This document shows positions 55,909 through 64,000 of a stretch of 64,000 nt of DNA, piece after piece. How positions within the stretch are numbered: position 1 is the stretch's first letter; each line of letters begins with the position of its first letter. The position numbers and the translations under genes were made by a program. Below the pieces are notes generated by a model. It made no database searches. It was not told where the DNA came from and was given only the letters and a program-made list of their open reading frames with translations. This DNA comes from Auanema rhodensis (taxonomy: Eukaryota; Animalia; Nematoda), in contig CAXKVF010000072.1 in NCBI GenBank assembly GCA_964057225.1, positions 620,001 through 684,000 on the forward strand. The letters run 5' to 3'.

Positions 55909-58900
55909 TGGACATGGGGAATCTAATTTTGAAAACCGCATCTCTTTATCTTTCACGTGAAGCGAGTTACATACCAAGTGCACATTACGTGTACATTTAA
56001 TTAGCATAAATTAAAGTTCACGTAAATTTCAAAGTCATGGTTACCATGAACCAATATCAATACAAATTTGTTTTTAGACTAATATGGACATAGGGAATCT
56101 AATTTTGAAAACCGCATCTCTTTATCTTTCACGTGAAGCGAGTTACATACCAAGTGCACATCACGTGTACATTTAATTAGCATAAATTAAAGTTCACGTA
56201 AATTTCAAAGTCATGGTTACCATGAACCAATATCAATAAAAATTTGTTTTTAGACTAATATGGACATGGGGAATCTAATTTTGAAAACCGCATCTCTTTA
56301 TCTTTCACGTGAAGCGAGTTACATACCAAGTGCACATCACGTGTACATTTAATTAGCATAAATTAAAGTTCACGTAAATTTCAAAGTCATGGTTACCATG
56401 AAACAATATCAATAAAAATTTGTTTTTAGACTAATATGGACATGGGGAATCTAATTTTGAAAACCGCATCTCTTTATCTTTCACGTGAAGCGAGTTACAT
56501 ACCAAGTGCACATCACGTGTACATTTAATTAGCATAAATTAAAGTTCACGTAAATTTCAAAGTCATGGTTACCATGAACCAATATCAATAAAAATTTGTT
56601 TTTAGACTAATATGGACATGGGGAATCTAATTTTGAAAACCGCATCTCTTTATCTTTCACGTGAAGCGAGTTACATACCAAGTGCACATCACGTGTACAT
56701 TTAATTAGCATAAATTAAAGTTCACGTAAATTTCAAAGTCATGGTTACCATGAACCAATATCAATAAAAATTTGTTTTTAGACTAATATGGACATGGGGA
56801 ATCTAATTTTGAAAACCGCATCTCTTTATCTTTCACGTGAAGCGAGTTACATACCAAGTGCACATCACGTGTACATTTAATTAGCATAAATTAAAGTTCA
56901 CGTAAATTTCAAAGTCATGGTTACCATGAAACAATATCAATAAAAATTTGTTTTTAGACTAATATGGACATGGGGAATCTAATTTTGAAAACCGCATCTC
57001 TTTATCTTTCACGTGAAGCGAGTTACATACCAAGTGCACATCACGTGTACATTTAATTAGCATAAATTAAAGTTCACGTAAACTTCAAAGTCATGGTTAC
57101 CATGAACCAATATCAATACAAATTTGTTTTTAGACTAATATGGACATGGGGAATCTAATTTTGAAAACCGCATCTCTTTATCTTTCACGTGAAGCGAGTT
57201 ACATACCAAGTGCACATCACGTGTACATTTAATTAGCATAAATTAAAGTTCACGTAAATTTCAAAGTCATGGTTACCATGAACCAATATCAATACAAATT
57301 TGTTTTTAGACTAATATGGACATGGGGAATCTAATTTTGAAAACCGCATCTCTTTATCTTTCACGTGAAGCGAGTTACATACCAAGTGCACATCACGTGT
57401 ACATTTAATTAGCATAAATTAAAGTTCACGTAAATTTCAAAGTCATGGTTACCATGAAGCAATATCAATAAAATTTTGTTTTTAGACTAATATGGACAGG
57501 GGGAATCTAATTTTGAAAACCGCATCTCTTTATCTTTCACGTGAAGCGAGTTACATACCAAGTGCACATCACGTGTACATTTAATTAGCATAAATTAAAG
57601 TTCACGTAAATTTAAAAGTCATGGTTACCATGAACCAATATCAATAATAATTTGTTTTTAGACTAATATGGACATGGGGAATCTAATTTTGAAAACCGCA
57701 TCTCTTTATCTTTCACGTGAAGCGAGTTACATACCAAGTGCACATCACGTGTACATTTAATTAGCATAAATTAAAGTTCACGTAAACTTCAAAGTCATGG
57801 TTACCATGAACCAATATCAATACAAATTTGTTTTTAGACTAATATGGACATGGGGAATCTAATTTTGAAAACCGCATCTCTTTATCTTTCACGTGAAGCG
57901 AGTTACATACCAAGTGCACATCACGTGTACATTTAATTAGCATAAATTAAAGTTCACGTAAATTTCAAAGTCATGGTTACCATGAACCAATATCAATAAA
58001 AATTTGTTTTTAGACTAATATGGACATGGGGAATCTAATTTTGAAAACCGCATCTCTTTATCTCTCACGTGAAGCGAGTTACATACCAAGTGCACATCAC
58101 GTGTACATTTAATTAGCATAAATTAAAGTTCACGTAAATTTCAAAGTCATGGTTACCATGAACCAATATCAATACAAATTTGTTTTTAGACTAATATGGA
58201 CATGGGGAATCTAATTTTGAAAACCGCATCTCTTTATCTTTCACGTGAAGCGAGTTACATACCAAGTGCACATTACGTGTACATTTAATTAGCATAAATT
58301 AAAGTTCACGTAAATTTCAAAGTCATGGTTACCATGAACCAATATCAATACAAATTTGTTTTTAGACTAATATGGACATAGGGAATCTAATTTTGAAAAC
58401 CGCATCTCTTTATCTTTCACGTGAAGCGAGTTACATACCAAGTGCACATCACGTGTACATTTAATTAGCATAAATTAAAGTTCACGTAAATTTCAAAGTC
58501 ATGGTTACCATGAACCAATATCAATAAAAATTTGTTTTTAGACTAATATGGACATGGGGAATCTAATTTTGAAAACCGCATCTCTTTATCTTTCACGTGA
58601 AGCGAGTTACATACCAAGTGCACATCACGTGTACATTTAATTAGCATAAATTAAAGTTCACGTAAATTTCAAAGTCATGGTTACCATGAAACAATATCAA
58701 TAAAAATTTGTTTTTAGACTAATATGGACATGGGGAATCTAATTTTGAAAACCGCATCTCTTTATCTTTCACGTGAAGCGAGTTACATACCAAGTGCACA
58801 TCACGTGTACATTTAATTAGCATAAATTAAAGTTCACGTAAATTTCAAAGTCATGGTTACCATGAACCAATATCAATAAAAATTTGTTTTTAGACTAATA

Positions 58901-61900
58901 TGGACATGGGGAATCTAATTTTGAAAACCGCATCTCTTTATCTTTCACGTGAAGCGAGTTACATACCAAGTGCACATCACGTGTACATTTAATTAGCATA
59001 AATTAAAGTTCACGTAAATTTCAAAGTCATGGTTACCATGAACCAATATCAATAAAAATTTGTTTTTAGACTAATATGGACATGGGGAATCTAATTTTGA
59101 AAACCGCATCTCTTTATCTTTCACGTGAAGCGAGTTACATACCAAGTGCACATCACGTGTACATTTAATTAGCATAAATTAAAGTTCACGTAAATTTCAA
59201 AGTCATGGTTACCATGAAACAATATCAATAAAAATTTGTTTTTAGACTAATATGGACATGGGGAATCTAATTTTGAAAACCGCATCTCTTTATCTTTCAC
59301 GTGAAGCGAGTTACATACCAAGTGCACATCACGTGTACATTTAATTAGCATAAATTAAAGTTCACGTAAACTTCAAAGTCATGGTTACCATGAACCAATA
59401 TCAATACAAATTTGTTTTTAGACTAATATGGACATGGGGAATCTAATTTTGAAAACCGCATCTCTTTATCTTTCACGTGAAGCGAGTTACATACCAAGTG
59501 CACATCACGTGTACATTTAATTAGCATAAATTAAAGTTCACGTAAATTTCAAAGTCATGGTTACCATGAAGCAATATCAATAAAATTTTGTTTTTAGACT
59601 AATATGGACAGGGGGAATCTAATTTTGAAAACCGCATCTCTTTATCTTTCACGTGAAGCGAGTTACATACCAAGTGCACATCACGTGTACATTTAATTAG
59701 CATAAATTAAAGTTCACGTAAATTTAAAAGTCATGGTTACCATGAACCAATATCAATAATAATTTGTTTTTAGACTAATATGGACATGGGGAATCTAATT
59801 TTGAAAACCGCATCTCTTTATCTTTCACGTGAAGCGAGTTACATACCAAGTGCACATCACGTGTACATTTAATTAGCATAAATTAAAGTTCACGTAAACT
59901 TCAAAGTCATGGTTACCATGAACCAATATCAATACAAATTTGTTTTTAGACTAATATGGACATGGGGAATCTAATTTTGAAAACCGCATCTCTTTATCTT
60001 TCACGTGAAGCGAGTTACATACCAAGTGCACATCACGTGTACATTTAATTAGCATAAATTAAAGTTCACGTAACTTTCAAAGTCATGGTTACCATGAACC
60101 AATATCAATAAAAATTTGTTTTTAGACTAATATGGACATGGGGAATCTAATTTTGAAAACCGCATCTCTTTATCTTTCACGTGAAGCGAGTTACATACCA
60201 AGTGCACATCACGTGTACATTTAATTAGCATAAATTAAAGTTCACGTAAATTTCAAAGTCATGGTTACCATGAAACAATATCAATAAAAATTTGTTTTTA
60301 GACTAATATGGACATGGGGAATCTAATTTTGAAAACCGCATCTCTTTATCTTTCACGTGAAGCGAGTTACATACCAAGTGCACATCACGTGTACATTTAA
60401 TTAGCATAAATTAAAGTTCACGTAAACTTCAAAGTCATGGTTACCATGAACCAATATCAATACAAATTTGTTTTTAGACTAATATGGACATGGGGAATCT
60501 AATTTTGAAAACCGCATCTCTTTATCTTTCACGTGAAGCGAGTTACATACCAAGTGCACATCACGTGTACATTTAATTAGCATAAATTAAAGTTCACGTA
60601 AATTTCAAAGTCATGGTTACCATGAACCAATATCAATAAAAATTTGTTTTTAGACTAATATGGACATGGGGAATCTAATTTTGAAAACCGCATCTCTTTA
60701 TCTTTCACGTGAAGCGAGTTACATACCAAGTGCACATCACGTGTACATTTAATTAGCATAAATTAAAGTTCACGTAAATTTCAAAGTCATGGTTACCATG
60801 AAGCAATATCAATAAAATTTTGTTTTTAGACTAATATGGACAGGGGGAATCTAATTTTGAAAACCGCATCTCTTTATCTTTCACGTGAAGCGAGTTACAT
60901 ACCAAGTGCACATCACGTGTACATTTAATTAGCATAAATTAAAGTTCACGTAAATTTAAAAGTCATGGTTACCATGAACCAATATCAATAATAATTTGTT
61001 TTTAGACTAATATGGACATGGGGAATCTAATTTTGAAAACCGCATCTCTTTATCTTTCACGTGAAGCGAGTTACATACCAAGTGCACATCACGTGTACAT
61101 TTAATTAGCATAAATTAAAGTTCACGTAAACTTCAAAGTCATGGTTACCATGAACCAATATCAATACAAATTTGTTTTTAGACTAATATGGACATGGGGA
61201 ATCTAATTTTGAAAACCGCATCTCTTTATCTTTCACGTGAAGCGAGTTACATACCAAGTGCACATCACGTGTACATTTAATTAGCATAAATTAAAGTTCA
61301 CGTAACTTTCAAAGTCATGGTTACCATGAACCAATATCAATAAAAATTTGTTTTTAGACTAATATGGACATGGGGAATCTAATTTTGAAAACCGCATCTC
61401 TTTATCTTTCACGTGAAGCGAGTTACATACCAAGTGCACATCACGTGTACATTTAATTAGCATAAATTAAAGTTCACGTAAATTTCAAAGTCATGGTTAC
61501 CATGAACCAATATCAATACAAATTTGTTTTTAGACTAATATGGACATGGGGAATCTAATTTTGAAAACCGCATCTCTTTATCTTTCACGTGAAGCGAGTT
61601 ACATACCAAGTGCACATTACGTGTACATTTAATTAGCATAAATTAAAGTTCACGTAAATTTCAAAGTCATGGTTACCATGAACCAATATCAATACAAATT
61701 TGTTTTTAGACTAATATGGACATAGGGAATCTAATTTTGAAAACCGCATCTCTTTATCTTTCACGTGAAGCGAGTTACATACCAAGTGCACATCACGTGT
61801 ACATTTAATTAGCATAAATTAAAGTTCACGTAAATTTCAAAGTCATGGTTACCATGAACCAATATCAATAAAAATTTGTTTTTAGACTAATATGGACATG

Positions 61901-62070
61901 GGGAATCTAATTTTGAAAACCGCATCTCTTTATCTTTCACGTGAAGCGAGTTACATACCAAGTGCACATCACGTGTACATTTAATTAGCATAAATTAAAG
62001 TTCACGTAAATTTCAAAGTCATGGTTACCATGAAACAATATCAATAAAAATTTGTTTTTAGACTAATATG
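55909..62070 (+). repeat. Nested duplications with 13-, 12-, 7- and 19-monomer offsets
   Basis: C78T at 55986/58274/61618 (2288, 3344). C143G+A158T followed by a T7G monomer at 57459/59571/60803 (2112, 1232). A118C at 60074/61306 (1232). Confidence 0.85.
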
Positions 62071-64000
62071 GACATGGGGAATCTAATTTTGAAAACCGCA
62101 TCTCTTTATCTTTCACGTGAAGCGAGTTACATACCAAGTGCACATCACGTGTACATTTAATTAGCATAAATTAAAGTTCACGTAAATTTCAAAGTCATGG
62201 TTACCATGAACCAATATCAATAAAAATTTGTTTTTAGACTAATATGGACATGGGGAATCTAATTTTGAAAACCGCATCTCTTTATCTTTCACGTGAAGCG
62301 AGTTACATACCAAGTGCACATCACGTGTACATTTAATTAGCATAAATTAAAGTTCACGTAAATTTCAAAGTCATGGTTACCATGAACCAATATCAATACA
62401 AATTTGTTTTTAGACTAATATGGACATGGGGAATCTAATTTTGAAAACCGCATCTCTTTATCTTTCACGTGAAGCGAGTTACATACCAAGTGCACATCAC
62501 GTGTACATTTAATTAGCATAAATTAAAGTTCACGTAAATTTCAAAGTCATGGTTACCATGAACCAATATCAATAAAAATTTGTTTTTAGACTAATATGGA
62601 CATGGGGAATCTAATTTTGAAAACCGCATCTCTTTATCTTTCACGTGAAGCGAGTTACATACCAAGTGCACATCATGTGTACATTTAATTAGCATAAATT
62701 AAAGTTCACGTAAACTTCAAAGTCATGGTTACCATGAACCAATATCAATACAAATTTATTTTTAGACTAATATGGACATGGGGAATCTAATTTTGAAAAC
62801 CGCATCTCTTTATCTTTCACGTGAAGCGAGTTACATACCAAGTGCACATCACGTGTACATTTAATTAGCATAAATTAAAGTTCACGTAAATTTCAAAGTC
62901 ATGGTTACCATGAACCAATATCAATACAAATTTGTTTTTAGACTAATATGGACATGGGGAATCTAATTTTGAAAACCGCATCTCATTATCTTTCACGTGA
63001 AGCGAGTTACATACCAAGTGCACATCACGTGTACATTTAATTAGCATAAATTAAAGTTCACGTAAATTTCAAAGTCATGGTTACCATGAACCAATATCAA
63101 TAAAAATTTGTTTTTAGACTAATATGGACATGGGGAATCTAATTTTGAAAACCGCATCTCTTTATCTTTCACGTGAAGCGAGTTACATACCAAGTGCACA
63201 TCACGTGTACATTTAATTAGCATAAATTAAAGTTCACGTAAATTTCAAAGTCATGGTTACCATGAACCAATATCAATACAAATTTGTTTTTAGACTAATA
63301 TGGACATGGGGAATCTAATTTTGAAAACTGCATCACTTTATCTTTCACGTGAAGCGAGTTACATACCAAGTGCACATCACGTGTACATTTAATTAGCATA
63401 AATTAAAGTTCACGTAAATTTCAAAGTCATGGTTACCATGCACCAATATCAATAAAAATTTGTTTTTAGACTAATATGGACATGGGGAATCTAATTTTGA
63501 AAACCGCATCTCTTTATCTTTCACGTGAAGCGAGTTACATACCAAGTGCACATCACGTGTACATTTAATTAGCATAAATTAAAGTTCACGTAAATTTCAA
63601 AGTCATGGTTACCATGAACCAATATCAATAAAAATTTGTTTTTAGACTAATATGGACATGGGGAATCTAATTTTGAAAACCGCATCTCTTTATCTTTCAC
63701 GTGAAGCGAGTTACATACCAAGTGCACATCACGTGTACATTTAATTAGCATAAATTAAAGTTCACGTAAATTTCAAAGTCATGGTTACCATGAACCAATA
63801 TCAATACAAATTTGTTTTTAGACTAATATGGACATGGGGAATCTAATTTTGAAAACCGCATCTCTTTATCTTTCACGTGAAGCGAGTTACATACCAAGTG
63901 CACATCACGTGTACATTTAATTAGCATAAATTAAAGTTCACGTAAATTTCAAAGTCATGGTTACCATGAACCAATATCAATAAAAATTTGTTTTTAGACT

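Larger units (their letters stand above)
1..64000. repeat. 176-bp tandem satellite DNA array, about 364 head-to-tail monomers, extends past both window edges
   Basis: TGGACATG monomer start recurs at 1, 177, 353 ... 2641 (15x176+1). After correcting for indels (+1, +2, 7x-9) the start at 50101 equals 285x176-60+1, and the window ends at monomer position 172. No inversion or foreign insertion was seen. Confidence 0.99.

Noticed and set aside
1-64000. CRISPR-like or other spacer-bearing array
   Set aside because: There are no unique spacers; the entire unit repeats and there are no cas or other genes.

Overview
The whole 64,000-bp window is one uninterrupted, single-orientation tandem satellite array. 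The monomer is 176 bp and about 32% GC (56/176 by hand count). Consensus, numbered from position 1: TGGACATGGGGAATCTAATTTTGAAAACCGCATCTCTTTATCTTTCACGTGAAGCGAGTTACATACCAAGTGCACATCACGTGTACATTTAATTAGCATAAATTAAAGTTCACGTAAATTTCAAAGTCATGGTTACCATGAACCAATATCAATAAAAATTTGTTTTTAGACTAATA. There are 363 complete copies plus 172 bp of a 364th. The phase is fully explained by one +1 insertion, one +2 insertion and seven copies of a 9-bp deletion (net -60 bp). Monomers typically differ from consensus at 0-3 sites. No genes, RNA genes, transposons, CRISPR spacers or unique sequence are present, and the two listed ORFs are artefacts of one SNP. The size and homogeneity suggest a eukaryotic centromeric or heterochromatic satellite (inference), but I cannot name the family or species. 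The information lies in the variants: spatially restricted haplotype domains, nested multi-monomer duplications without a fixed higher-order period, a stepwise-derived 167-bp monomer lineage, a dyad-rich monomer, an apparent tendency of variants to perfect quasi-palindromes, and very little CpG decay. I found no evidence for a novel gene-based system. All counts were made by eye.
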